64,000 nucleotides of DNA from Coleofasciculus sp. B1-GNL1-01 (GCA_040220235.1 JAVJTO010000118.1), one strand, 5' to 3'; shown: positions 19,513 to 29,466, counted from the stretch's first letter. The notes: generated by a model not told the origin, from the sequence alone. Program-made: numbers and translations.

Positions 19513-20973
19513 ATGCCACGTTATTTAATTCTGCAAGTTTTGGGGAGTAGCGATATTCTTGTCGATTCGGAATCAGGGACTAAAAAGTTAGAGGCTTGTT
19601 ATACTTTGGCAGATGTCCAGGCGGCACAACAATGGAATGATGAGGACTTTATTCATCAACTCGAACGGGTGGATTTTCCTCTGATTCGCCAAGTTTGGCA
19701 AGAACAGAAAAATCAGGCTGAACTGTATTGGGGAATTATTTTAACCAATCAGGTGGACTGGATGCAACACCAGGATGAGTCGGGTGAAGGGTGGAATGAT
19801 ATTGTTACCTCGGATGGATATTGGTGGCGCAATATCTTAGAAAACTGGTGTCAGCAGCAGGGGATTAATTATTATCCGATTTTCCTTAATGTTGGTGCTG
19901 ATATTCCCAAAGGGGCGGCGGATTGGGACGGAATGGCAAAGCAGATTGATCCTTTATTAAACGGATTAATTCAATTTGAGTCGAGTCGGATAGTTTTTAC
20001 TCCCCCAGCGGGACAAACAATTCCAGTTGATCAGATTCTTGTCCAGCACAGCAGTGGAACTCCGGCTTTGAGTAGTGCGCTGTACCTTTGGGGAATTGAG
20101 CAAAAGTTAGCTAAACGAGAGATTGAATTTATCTATATTTCTCGACAAGACTCAATTTCGTATTTCCATTCTGGCACTCATTGGCAGTGGCGATTAAAAG
20201 TGCCTCAAATTAGGCAGTTGTTGGCAATTCAAGATTTCGCTGGGGCGAATGAATTGTTAGCGGATCATCCCGATCAAACGCTGCGGGAAACCTGCCAATA
20301 TCTCGATCGCGCGGTCTCCTTTAATCTCGCCCAACTCAATCTAGGCTTAACTCCCCAAGATGAAGTCATCGAACGGATCAGTATTGCTTTGTGGAGTGAA
20401 CAAGCCTTTCGCGATCGCGGACAGTGGATGCATTGGTATTTGAGAGTGGCGGGGGCGTTTGAACTCGCGATCGCTTGTTTAATTATTCAGCGAGGATCGG
20501 GGAATTATCGATGGAATAAAGAGAAGGGTAAGACGTTCTTAGAGTACACTGACCCGAATACAGGAAATACGGATAAATTTAATCGGAATATTGGCATTAA
20601 AAAGAGAGTGACTGATTTATTAAGTCACGGATCAACGTCAAAATATAAGGTTGACAAAATTCAGTCTAACCCCGATTGGGATAAGTTCAAGGAGTTTTAC
20701 TGTGATAACCAGTGGCAACTCGATGCTCAAACCCAAAACAGTTTTATCTATCTCAGAAATGACTTATACCATGCTTTGCTGGGGGACAGTATTGATAAAA
20801 TTTTAGATGCTCAAAAAGAAGCTTGCGGATCAGTCAATCATCCCGATCATCCCTCAGAAGTTGCCGTGCAGCAACTGCGCTATATTATCGAATTGGCGGG
20901 GTTATCGTCCCAGGTACAGCAGCGAGTTCAGGCGTATGAATGTAAGGTTAATGATATTAAAATATGCCTCTAA
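19513..20973 (+). CDS. CARF-HEPN type III accessory ribonuclease (Csx1/Csm6-like)
   Basis: Rossmann-like start ILQVLGSSD, CARF-type HSSGTPALS loop, C-terminal R-x4-H motif RNDLYH (20755-20772); lies inside the cas operon. Confidence 0.75.
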   Translation: MPRYLILQVLGSSDILVDSESGTKKLEACYTLADVQAAQQWNDEDFIHQLERVDFPLIRQVWQEQKNQAELYWGIILTNQVDWMQHQDESGEGWNDIVTSDGYWWRNILENWCQQQGINYYPIFLNVGADIPKGAADWDGMAKQIDPLLNGLIQFESSRIVFTPPAGQTIPVDQILVQHSSGTPALSSALYLWGIEQKLAKREIEFIYISRQDSISYFHSGTHWQWRLKVPQIRQLLAIQDFAGANELLADHPDQTLRETCQYLDRAVSFNLAQLNLGLTPQDEVIERISIALWSEQAFRDRGQWMHWYLRVAGAFELAIACLIIQRGSGNYRWNKEKGKTFLEYTDPNTGNTDKFNRNIGIKKRVTDLLSHGSTSKYKVDKIQSNPDWDKFKEFYCDNQWQLDAQTQNSFIYLRNDLYHALLGDSIDKILDAQKEACGSVNHPDHPSEVAVQQLRYIIELAGLSSQVQQRVQAYECKVNDIKICL

Positions 20974-21067
20974 GGTTAAAATACCAGAGGACGACCTGAC
21001 CCCATGGAAAGGGCGACCCGATCCCATTGAACTGATATCTTGTACCTTTTTCAGTAAGCCCTAACAT

Positions 21068-21311
21068 CCGCCAAGAACTCAAGTTCTTGGCTAAAAGCTC
21101 AAGTCCACTAAAGTGGACTCAAATTCTTAAGTAGTCGGATAAAAGAAAACAGGACTCATGAAGTTTTGTAAATAGCCCCTAAACCCTTAACAATGACGTA
21201 GCTTCTGGCGAAAGCAATTTCTCCACTGTTAACTTTAATGATATCCACTTACTTATCTAGTCAGCTTTAGCTGACTTTAGCTTTCAGCCTTGGGTTTAAA
21301 CCCAAGGCGGT
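21068..21311. repeat. Pair of oppositely oriented double-hairpin REP-like elements in the CARF-cas10 intergenic gap
   Basis: GCCAAGAACTCAAGTTCTTGGC plus AGTCCACTAAAGTGGACT, and AGTCAGCTTTAGCTGACT plus GCCTTGGGTTTAAACCCAAGGC; same family at ~45892-45943. Confidence 0.7.
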
Positions 21312-21371
21312 TGGTGAGACTTTTTTCTCCCATCTCCCTAATCCAAATCAACCTGATCTAAATCAAAGCCA

Positions 21372-23870
21372 ATGAATCTGCAAGATTGGTTAATTAAGCA
21401 GCAAAACTTATATCCAATTCTTCCGCAAGCCGAACCTCTCCTATCTACCCATCCCGTGAGTGGAGAATGGCAAAATTCCTCTCATCTAAAAAACCAGGTT
21501 TGGTGGGGAGGTGGGGCGAGTCAGGAGGCTTGTCAGCAAATTGATTTGGGCAATACTCCTACCCTGACCCAGATTGGAGTAATTAGCTTTGGTCCAGTTC
21601 AATCCTTTCTGGGGGGTGGACAACGGCTGAGAGATTGGGCGGTGGCGTCTTGGTTGTGTCATTACCTATCTGCTGTTCTCATTTATCGCTGGGAGGAGTG
21701 GGGTGGTAAGGTGTTGTTACCCCTGCACCATTCCTCCCCCTTGGTCAATTGGTTGCGAGGTTCTACCTCAGTTGATCAGCGGTTTTGGCGTCCGGAATTG
21801 CCCAATGTGGTGACGGGAGTATTTCCCGAATCCGATAGTTGGTTAGAGAACGTCCAGTCACTGATCCAACAGGAATGGGGACGATTACTCAAAGGTTTAG
21901 AACAAGCCGCGATCGCACACAATTCCCAACTCCTCAATGGGATTGGCTGGCGGGTGATTCATCGCGATCATCAATGTCTGTGGTCAGTTTACACTGAGTC
22001 TACTCCCATCCGCGTGGGACAGATTGTTGAGGATATCGCCAACCTACACCAAGGAATTGAATCTCAGAAACTGGGTCGCGATTGGCAAGGAACCTGGTGG
22101 GGGGGACGAACTAGCCCAAGTGCAGGTCATTTATCCATTTGGCATCCCGGCTTGCAACCGATTGACCAAGGCGGAACCTGGGGATTAGAGAAACCCATCC
22201 TGGATCAATGGTGGGAACGGGCGGCAAAAGAGAGTAAACTCAAAGGACTCTTTTCAGAAAGCGATCGCCTCAACAGTATTGAAATGCTGAAGCGGTTAGC
22301 CTCAGTGCCAGATATTATTGTGCCAACCCTAAAACAACTCTGGGGGAAAACGCCACCGGATTGTCCTTGGGGACAATTTCCCGATCGCACAGCGGCGGCG
22401 GCGGCTTGGATACCCACCCAGCCTCAGGTTAATCTCGATTTGTGGAATCAAACCCTGCAAGGGCTAGAACGGGATTATTTTTCAACCTTACCCCAAAAAA
22501 CCCAATGGGGTATGCCCAGGGCAGATCAAAACGGACAATTTACTCATCCCCGTAGCTTAGAACGGCGCAATATAGAGGATAAAGAACTCTTAGAAATTTG
22601 GCAAAGCGACATCCCCAACAGTTGGCAAAGCACCATTGAATGGACAGTCGGCTGGCGGGGAGATGGGGACAATATGGGCAAATGGCTGTCTGGCAAACAG
22701 TATCAAACCCTGAAATTACCTTGGTCAAAATGGCATCCGAACGCTGAACAGATCACCCACTATAACTTAGGCATCCAACCGCCGAACGTACCCAACCAAG
22801 CCCGACAACTAGAGTTACCCCACATCCTCGACTTGTCCCTATTATTCAGTTTATGGAATGAACTTCTCTATGCTTTAACCGAAGTGCATCACGATAGCAA
22901 AGTCATTTTTGCTGGTGGGGATGATTTCCTCTTACTCGGACCCCTCACCGAAGCCATTTCCCTAACCCATGACCTACACGCCCTTTGGACAGGCAAACCC
23001 TCTCCCTTAATTCAACCTCTCACTCCCCCAGTAGACGGCTGGGTACAGTATCAGGATCAACTCTATCCGATACCGGGGGAAAAAATGCACTTCAGCTTAG
23101 GTATTGTCATTGCCCAACGGCGAATTCCCCAATCCCTTTGGCATCGCGGCTTAAATCAGGCATATAAACAGGCAAAATCTCAAGGACGTAACCGCGTCTG
23201 TATCCAAGTTTTATTTAATAGTGGTCAATCATTACAGTGGGTTTGTCCCTGGTCTTTATGGAATTTACTCATGCCCATTGAACCCACAAAAGAAGGCAAA
23301 ACCGAACTCAATGCTTGGGAGAAACTATTAACCTATTTGGAAAGCACCCGCTTGCGGGATGTATCTATCTTTACAGTGGGAGACTTAATCGATACTCTCT
23401 GGGCGAGTGTGGGTATTCCCCTCACCTGGGAACAGGTATTAACAGTAGGTCGCCGCGATTATCATGTTTATCTGCGCTGGTTGAAATTAAACAATGTCCA
23501 GCATTGCACCGATACTTTACCCCGACCCGAACAAATCCCCAATAATCGGCTGATTATAGTACCCGATGATAGCATTAACATCATCGTCGATATGGGATTA
23601 GTGCGGCAACCGAGGGTCAGTTTAAAAAACCTGGATGAGATTGATCAAGCCGCAGAACGTCAAGAGAATCCCGATGAAAACACCAGTTTAGTCAATAATC
23701 TGTTTTCAGTCGAAGGCTTTCCTCCAGGGGCAGTCTTTCTGATTAGTTGGACACCCAGGGGTAAGGTGGAAGAGATAGAGAAATGGGAGAAATTTCTCGA
23801 CGATGAACATTTTCTGGGGGGATTGTGGAGTGTGGGGTATGGGCGAATTCAGATTTCTCAGATTGAGTAG
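21372..23870 (+). CDS. cas10: Cas10/Cmr2 (no HD domain, intact GGDD) fused in frame to the C-terminal half of a Cmr4/Cas7 RAMP
   Basis: ISFGPVQSFL...RDWAVASWL (Cmr2 N-term), GDGDNMG, VIFAGGDD (22914-22925), AKSQGRN; the last ~135 aa (LVRQPRVSL, NLFSVEGFPPGAVF, FLGGLWSVGYGR) are Cmr4-like. Confidence 0.85.
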   Translation: MNLQDWLIKQQNLYPILPQAEPLLSTHPVSGEWQNSSHLKNQVWWGGGASQEACQQIDLGNTPTLTQIGVISFGPVQSFLGGGQRLRDWAVASWLCHYLSAVLIYRWEEWGGKVLLPLHHSSPLVNWLRGSTSVDQRFWRPELPNVVTGVFPESDSWLENVQSLIQQEWGRLLKGLEQAAIAHNSQLLNGIGWRVIHRDHQCLWSVYTESTPIRVGQIVEDIANLHQGIESQKLGRDWQGTWWGGRTSPSAGHLSIWHPGLQPIDQGGTWGLEKPILDQWWERAAKESKLKGLFSESDRLNSIEMLKRLASVPDIIVPTLKQLWGKTPPDCPWGQFPDRTAAAAAWIPTQPQVNLDLWNQTLQGLERDYFSTLPQKTQWGMPRADQNGQFTHPRSLERRNIEDKELLEIWQSDIPNSWQSTIEWTVGWRGDGDNMGKWLSGKQYQTLKLPWSKWHPNAEQITHYNLGIQPPNVPNQARQLELPHILDLSLLFSLWNELLYALTEVHHDSKVIFAGGDDFLLLGPLTEAISLTHDLHALWTGKPSPLIQPLTPPVDGWVQYQDQLYPIPGEKMHFSLGIVIAQRRIPQSLWHRGLNQAYKQAKSQGRNRVCIQVLFNSGQSLQWVCPWSLWNLLMPIEPTKEGKTELNAWEKLLTYLESTRLRDVSIFTVGDLIDTLWASVGIPLTWEQVLTVGRRDYHVYLRWLKLNNVQHCTDTLPRPEQIPNNRLIIVPDDSINIIVDMGLVRQPRVSLKNLDEIDQAAERQENPDENTSLVNNLFSVEGFPPGAVFLISWTPRGKVEEIEKWEKFLDDEHFLGGLWSVGYGRIQISQIE

Positions 23871-23917
23871 GCTACGTTTCACTTACATTATAAAATGGTC
23901 TTATTTTAATTATTGAT

Positions 23918-24358
23918 ATGCCCAGAAAACCTGTCGAAACCTATGAATTAGATCGAGAAGTCTTTCAACGGCTTAAACAAGGAAAAGATACCTTTGATGA
24001 TTGGCAGGGGGCAGCTAGTGGGATTGGGGATTATGTCGCGAGTTGGGGTGTAGAACGCTTCTGGGCGATGTCTCGTTCGCCAATTTTACGAGGAGGAGAA
24101 ACCTCCAAAGAAAAGGATGAGAACGAGGGGCGGCGTTATTTTGCCTGGGGAGTGGCGCGAGAAGTCTTATGTAAAATTGTCGGGAATGATTTAAGAATTC
24201 GTCAGGATATGACGACAGAAGAGTTTCAGAATCGATTTAGAGATTTGGAGTTTAATCAGCAGGTTTTGTTAACGGATTTACTCATGGAAATTTCTGAAAC
24301 GATTCAGTTTTGGACGATGCGATTAAAAGATGCCCGTGAGAGTAAAATTGAGCCTTAG
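23918..24358 (+). CDS. cmr5: Type III-B small subunit Cmr5 (Cas11), cyanobacterial type
   Basis: 146-aa helical protein with YELD, WGVERFW and terminal IQFWTMRLK motifs; directly after the Cmr4-like segment. Confidence 0.7.
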   Translation: MPRKPVETYELDREVFQRLKQGKDTFDDWQGAASGIGDYVASWGVERFWAMSRSPILRGGETSKEKDENEGRRYFAWGVAREVLCKIVGNDLRIRQDMTTEEFQNRFRDLEFNQQVLLTDLLMEISETIQFWTMRLKDARESKIEP

Positions 24359-24504
24359 TCGGTCAGTAATTGTAGGTTGGGTTGACGAAGGAAACCCAAC
24401 TTATTAGCAACAGAAGCAGAATATCTCTCAAATTAGGAAACTGGCGACCAACCCAAGCCGGGACAAATTTGTTACCTGTTCCCTGTTAAGAGTTCCCTTT
24501 CCTA

Positions 24505-24665
24505 ACCAAAATGTCCAGCCCTCATGGGCGAGGGGGTCTGATTTTGTGCCGACAAATGCCCAAAAATCTGCTCCAAAAATCGCTGAAACCCTTACAGGAC
24601 AAGGCAGCGAGAGAGTCTACGAAAGAATCAGCCTTTCAGCCATTTGCCCACCCCCTCGCCGAAAC
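24505..24665 (-). promoter_or_regulatory. Second, orphan CRISPR leader-like sequence
   Basis: AAAAATCGCTGAAACCCTTACAGGACAAGGCAGCGA...ACGAAAGAAT...TTTCAGC...CCCTCGC is colinear with 17681-17765; no repeat found next to it. Confidence 0.55.
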
Positions 24666-24778
24666 TCTACTCTATGCGCGATCGCTCCCTATAGATACAA
24701 CTTTCTCACCTCTAGGTTATTGCCAAGATTACATCCCAGGTGGCAAAATTAATTTAATCTATCAATTCAACGAAAACA

Positions 24779-25057
24779 ATGCTGAAAGCCGTAGTTGTAG
24801 TTCTAGTGGTGGCAGAGCTAGTATTATTGACTGCGTTCCGACTAGCTCCAGCGCAAGCAACACCCTCTGATTCCCAAGTGTATACCTGGGGATTTTTACG
24901 TCCCGGAAGTCAACAATTAGTTTGTAAGCAGATTACTATCCATCCTGAAAAAGAGGTTGTTTCCCAAACCTCGCACCATAAATCGATAAAGATGTCCTCT
25001 AAATCTAAAATTGTTGAGGATAGCTACTGTTCCCATTTAACCAAACCGTTTGCATAG
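24779..25057 (+). CDS. Small secreted/membrane-anchored protein, possibly a Csx21-like type III accessory protein
   Basis: Hydrophobic N-terminus with AQA cleavage-like site, two Cys; position at the end of the cas locus; family assignment is from recollection only. Confidence 0.55.
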   Translation: MLKAVVVVLVVAELVLLTAFRLAPAQATPSDSQVYTWGFLRPGSQQLVCKQITIHPEKEVVSQTSHHKSIKMSSKSKIVEDSYCSHLTKPFA

Positions 25058-25356
25058 CGTCGATTGTTGTAACAGGCGGTTGACAATACAAGCAGAGGAT
25101 GAACCAACTCCAGAAAAAGGGCGACCCGACCCCATTGAGTGGATTGGTGTTGTTCATTGATGCAGGCGGGTCGCCCCTACAGGTCGGATTAATTTGTATT
25201 ACACGCTACATTATCCTTCAGAGGCAAAATGCGCGATCGCAAGCCGTTTCTGTCTACTGAATGTAAGAATAGTTTGATAAGCTATCTAGGAAGCTGACCT
25301 AGGGTCAGTCCTAAAGTTTTCACGGCTCAAAAATCGGGTTGGGATTGAGAGACACC

Positions 25357-25986
25357 ATGGAATGGCACGGAACAGATGCTCAAAGTTTGGCAATTATCGA
25401 TCGCGAAATTGGCGCTCATACCTTTTCACCCGCCGAATACGAAATTGTGCGCCGGGTGATTTATGCAACAGCCGACTTTGAGTATCAAAAGCTGATTCGG
25501 TTTTCCGAACGTGCGTTACAAGCAGGCGCGGCGGCGCTAGCGGCTCGGACTACAATTGTGGTAGATGTGCCGATGGTACAGGTGGGAATTACGCCTCACA
25601 TTCAAGAAACCTTTGCCAATCCCGTCTATTGCAGCATGGAAGCCATCACCCGCCCGCAAAAAGACAAAACGAAGGCGGCTTGGGGAATTCAAACCCTAGC
25701 CAGACGTTACCCAGAGGGGATTTTTGTGGTGGGTCAAGCACAAACGGCGCTAACAGCATTGGTGGAACTGATTGAAGCAGAGGAAATCCGTCCCGCCTTA
25801 GTCATTGGCACACCTTCAGGATTTGTTGAGGTCGATGTTGCCAAATCCCGACTCGAAGATTCCTTAGTGCCTCATATTCGCATAGAAGGGCGTAAAGGGT
25901 CATCAGTTGTCGCGGCGGCTATTGTTAATGGACTGGTAGACTTAGCATGGCAGGCGTATGGGCAGGATAGTACCAGTGTAAATTGA
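25357..25986 (+). CDS. cobH: Precorrin-8X/cobalt-precorrin-8 methylmutase
   Basis: SLAIIDREIG, RRVIYATADF, PALVIGTPSGFV and GRKGSSVVAAAIVN motifs. Confidence 0.9.
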   Translation: MEWHGTDAQSLAIIDREIGAHTFSPAEYEIVRRVIYATADFEYQKLIRFSERALQAGAAALAARTTIVVDVPMVQVGITPHIQETFANPVYCSMEAITRPQKDKTKAAWGIQTLARRYPEGIFVVGQAQTALTALVELIEAEEIRPALVIGTPSGFVEVDVAKSRLEDSLVPHIRIEGRKGSSVVAAAIVNGLVDLAWQAYGQDSTSVN

Positions 25987-26005
25987 ATCCTTCGAGGGTA
26001 TGGGT

Positions 26006-26220
26006 TGTAGGGGCGGGTTTAGGGAATTACATTTCGTTGATTGATAATAACGTTTGTTCAAAACCCGCCCTGACCAATTTTGTAGGGGCGGGTTTTATTA
26101 CTATCGTTTCTTTCCTTACCCAAATGTAACTAAACCCGCCCTGACTAATGCAGCTTGGCAGAAATCATCAAACAGCTAAAACCTTCCCCGCTTCCCAGAC
26201 GCGCCATGGCGCGTCTCTAC
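26006..26220. repeat. Cluster of GTAG-type REP palindromes (GTAGGGGCGGGTTT...AAACCCGCCC x2; AGACGCGCCATGGCGCGTCTCTAC)
   Basis: Same families recur at ~6004-6126, 8363-8425, 27903-27931, 29436-29458, 34937-34963, 37624-37685, 42331-42539 and 60997-61056. Confidence 0.85.
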
Positions 26221-26233
26221 ATGCTTCCCCATC

Positions 26234-26932
26234 TCAACGCCGACGACGCCGAGTCTTGACCACACGGTTAGCTGGATAATCGTCCTCCTCGGTTTGAGTT
26301 AACTGGCGACTAACCTGATTAAACACAGTGCGCTGTACATAAGGATAGTCACTTACCCAGATATTCAAGCGAGGAATATAAATATCACTACTCTTAGCAA
26401 TACGGGATAAATCAGGCTGATTCGACATCACCACCATCTGGGCAATTTGACCAGGAACAATGCCTTTGTGAGTGCGGCGTAGCGGTGCTTGTAGCAGAGT
26501 GCTAAATCCGCTCTCGTCACCGACTTCTAAATTCAGGCGTCGCTCCCGATTTTCCACAATCACCAACTCGCCCCGATTGTTGACATTTTCTTCAGTACCA
26601 ATCAATTCTTCGGTGACAAAAACATCCAAGACTCGACCTTGCCAGAAGCCACTATATTTATAGCGACGTATCTCAATATTACGCCGACTTGCCCAGTAGA
26701 CCGGACTCCAAAACCAGTACAACCCAGCGATAATTCCTAAGAGAAAGAGCAAGGGATCAAACCCCTCACCTAACAAGAGTCCTAAGAGCAATACAACGAC
26801 AACAGCGACAACCGAAATCAGCAGTCGCTTTAAAAAGTCTGGGAATTTTCCCCAGTAATAAGCATACTGGGAACTTGTAGCAATCACAGGAATGAGTTGC
26901 TCAAAGCTCTGGCGGGTAAGTGGTACTAGCAT
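26234..26932 (-). CDS. Conserved cyanobacterial two-TM membrane protein
   Basis: MLVPLTRQSFEQLIP, two hydrophobic helices, GELVIVENRERRLNLEVGD; follows dapB. Confidence 0.8.
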   Translation of the reverse strand: MLVPLTRQSFEQLIPVIATSSQYAYYWGKFPDFLKRLLISVVAVVVVLLLGLLLGEGFDPLLFLLGIIAGLYWFWSPVYWASRRNIEIRRYKYSGFWQGRVLDVFVTEELIGTEENVNNRGELVIVENRERRLNLEVGDESGFSTLLQAPLRRTHKGIVPGQIAQMVVMSNQPDLSRIAKSSDIYIPRLNIWVSDYPYVQRTVFNQVSRQLTQTEEDDYPANRVVKTRRRRR

Positions 26933-26997
26933 GGGTTTTAGTCATTGGTCATTTGTGGCAGGGAACAGGGAACAGGGAACGGAGAATTCATTATTTA

Positions 26998-27825
26998 TTA
27001 CAATATTTTATCCAATCCGTAGACGAGAGATTTGAGCTGAGTCACTTGGCGAATAGCAAGCAAGACACCTGGCATATAACAAGAGCGATCGCTAGTATCA
27101 TGACGTAGGGTGTAGATTTGACCGGTAGCTCCAAAGATGACTTCTTGGTGAGCGATTAAACCGGGTAAGCGGACACTATGAATGCGAATGTTGTCATTGG
27201 CGACACTTCCCCTCGCCCCCGCCAGTTTTTCGGTTTCTTCTACTTTAGCGGGATTATAGGTTTTGCCGAGTCCGGCTAATTGTTGAGCGGTTTGAATCGC
27301 TGTACCGCTTGGGGCGTCGGCTTTTTGATTGTGGTGGAGTTCGATAATTTCAACGTGGTCAAAATACTGGGAGGCTTGAATGGCGGCTTGTTGCAATAAG
27401 ACCATGCCAATGGAAAAATTGGGAATGATTAGAGCACCTGTGCTAGCTTTTTCGGCAAATTCGCCCAAGTCTTTGATTTGATCACTCGTGAGTCCCGTTG
27501 TACCGACAACCGGACGAACCCCATAAGCGATCGCGGTGCGAACATTCTCATAAACGCTGTCAGGGTGGGTAAAATCCACCATCACCCCTTGCACTTGTTC
27601 CTGAGTCGCCATGACTAGCGTAGCTTGCAGATCATTCAGAATCGGAATTTCCAATGCACCACAACCTGCGATTTCGCCAACATCTTGACCCATATAGTTC
27701 GGGTTATGATCGACGGCACCAATCAAGGTCATATCATCGGCTTGACTGACCGCCTTAATCACTTCACGACCCATTTTACCCGCCGCACCGTTGACAACAA
27801 CGGGGATGGGAGATGCATTTGTCAT
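26998..27825 (-). CDS. dapB: 4-hydroxy-tetrahydrodipicolinate reductase
   Basis: [31 protein letters not shown] motifs. Confidence 0.97.
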   Translation of the reverse strand: MTNASPIPVVVNGAAGKMGREVIKAVSQADDMTLIGAVDHNPNYMGQDVGEIAGCGALEIPILNDLQATLVMATQEQVQGVMVDFTHPDSVYENVRTAIAYGVRPVVGTTGLTSDQIKDLGEFAEKASTGALIIPNFSIGMVLLQQAAIQASQYFDHVEIIELHHNQKADAPSGTAIQTAQQLAGLGKTYNPAKVEETEKLAGARGSVANDNIRIHSVRLPGLIAHQEVIFGATGQIYTLRHDTSDRSCYMPGVLLAIRQVTQLKSLVYGLDKIL

Positions 27826-27948
27826 GGTTTTGCTCTATCCTTGAGACTCGTCAAGGGAATTTTAGCTTCTTTTGGCGATAGGCGGCGTTGTAGAACACAA
27901 TGGTAGGGGCACGGCATTGCCGTGCCCCTACAGGTATTGCCGTGCTTT

Positions 27949-28413
27949 ATGTCCAAATCTTTATCCATTATCGGCTGGCGGGAACGAGTCGCCTTGCCGG
28001 ATCTAGGAATTTCCCAGATTAAAGCTAAAATTGACACCGGGGCGCGTTCCTCCGCCTTACACGCCTTTGATGTCGAAACCTTTTCACGGGATGACAAAAC
28101 CATGGTTCGGTTCAAAGTCCATCCCTATCAACGCGATACCCATCGCACCGTATCCGCCGAAGCGGAACTGATTGACCAGCGACAGGTTCGCAATTCTGGG
28201 GGTCACGCCCAGTTACGACCCGTGATCCAAACTATGGTAGAACTAAACGGGGAGCGCTGGTTGATTGAACTCACCCTGACGAACCGAGATGTCATGGGAT
28301 TCCGAATGCTGTTAGGGCGTCAAGCTGTCCGCAAACGCTTTTTAGTGGATGCGGGTCGGTCTTTTGTCCAAAGTGCAACCGGGAAGCGCAAACTTAAGCA
28401 AACGACTCTATAG
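27949..28413 (+). CDS. RimK-associated retropepsin-like protease (RimB / 'ATP-dependent zinc protease' family)
   Basis: [22 protein letters not shown] and RMLLGR motifs. Confidence 0.88.
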   Translation: MSKSLSIIGWRERVALPDLGISQIKAKIDTGARSSALHAFDVETFSRDDKTMVRFKVHPYQRDTHRTVSAEAELIDQRQVRNSGGHAQLRPVIQTMVELNGERWLIELTLTNRDVMGFRMLLGRQAVRKRFLVDAGRSFVQSATGKRKLKQTTL

Positions 28414-28421
28414 TTCTTGAT

Positions 28422-29327
28422 ATGAAAATAGCTATCTTGTCCCAAGATGCTTCGCTATATTCCACGCGACGCCTCAAGGAAGCGGGGGAAGCGCGGGGTC
28501 ATGACATGCGGGTGATTAATTACCTGCGTTGTTATATGAATATTACGTCTCATAAGCCCAAAGTGGTGTATCAAGGGAAAGTTTTGGAAGAGTTAGATGC
28601 GATTATTCCTCGCATCGGTGCGTCTAAGACGTTTTATGGGACGGCTGTGGTGCGCCAATTTGAAGTGATGGGGGTGTTTACGGCGAATGAATCCCAAGCC
28701 ATTTCTCGTTCTCGCGATAAGTTACGCTGTCTTCAGATTCTCTCCCGTGAAGGTGTGGGACTTCCGGTGACGGGGTTTGCTAATTCGACTCAAGATATTG
28801 ATGGGTTAATTGAGATTGTTGGCGGTGCGCCTCTGGTGATTAAATTGCTGGAAGGGACTCAAGGGATTGGGGTGGTTCTCGCGGAAACTCATCAAGCGGC
28901 GAAGTCGGTGATTGAGGCGTTTCGCGGTTTAGATGCCAATATTTTGGTGCAGGAGTTTATTAAAGAAGCGGGGGGTATGGATATTCGCTGCTTTGTGATT
29001 GATAACAAAGTTGTGGCGTCGATGAAGCGACAAGGCGCACCGGGGGAATTTCGTTCCAATCTGCATCGGGGTGGTAATGCTGCACAAATTAAGTTAACTC
29101 CTGAGGAACGTAGTACGGCGGTACGGGCGGCGAAAGCGATGGGATTGAGAGTGGCGGGTGTGGATTTGTTGCGATCTAATCATGGTCCGGTGGTGATGGA
29201 AGTTAACTCATCCCCTGGTTTAGAAGGGATTGAAAACGCGACGGGTGTGGATGTGGCGGGGAAAATTATTGACTTTTTGCAGAAAAATGCAGCATCAGGA
29301 AAAACCCGCGATCGCATTCAGTATTAG
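28422..29327 (+). CDS. rimK: RimK alpha-L-glutamate ligase (ATP-grasp)
   Basis: [34 protein letters not shown] and [12 protein letters not shown] motifs. Confidence 0.95.
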   Translation: MKIAILSQDASLYSTRRLKEAGEARGHDMRVINYLRCYMNITSHKPKVVYQGKVLEELDAIIPRIGASKTFYGTAVVRQFEVMGVFTANESQAISRSRDKLRCLQILSREGVGLPVTGFANSTQDIDGLIEIVGGAPLVIKLLEGTQGIGVVLAETHQAAKSVIEAFRGLDANILVQEFIKEAGGMDIRCFVIDNKVVASMKRQGAPGEFRSNLHRGGNAAQIKLTPEERSTAVRAAKAMGLRVAGVDLLRSNHGPVVMEVNSSPGLEGIENATGVDVAGKIIDFLQKNAASGKTRDRIQY

Positions 29328-29466
29328 TTTGTCCTTTGTCCTTCGTCATTTGTCCTTTGTTGGTTGTATGCAAAAGTTTAGTTAAAGAAAGGGTGAGGGA
29401 AGAAATGATAATCGTGAAACCCGCCCCTACACACAGACGCGCCATGGCACGTCTCTACATTGAACT

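Noticed and set aside
24420..24450. ...GAAACTGGCGAC as a remnant repeat for the second leader
   Set aside because: No hairpin, no similarity to the 36-nt repeat, and the wrong distance from the leader
24511..24870. ORFs 24511-24870 and 24546-24752
   Set aside because: Run through leader-like DNA and have no recognisable protein features
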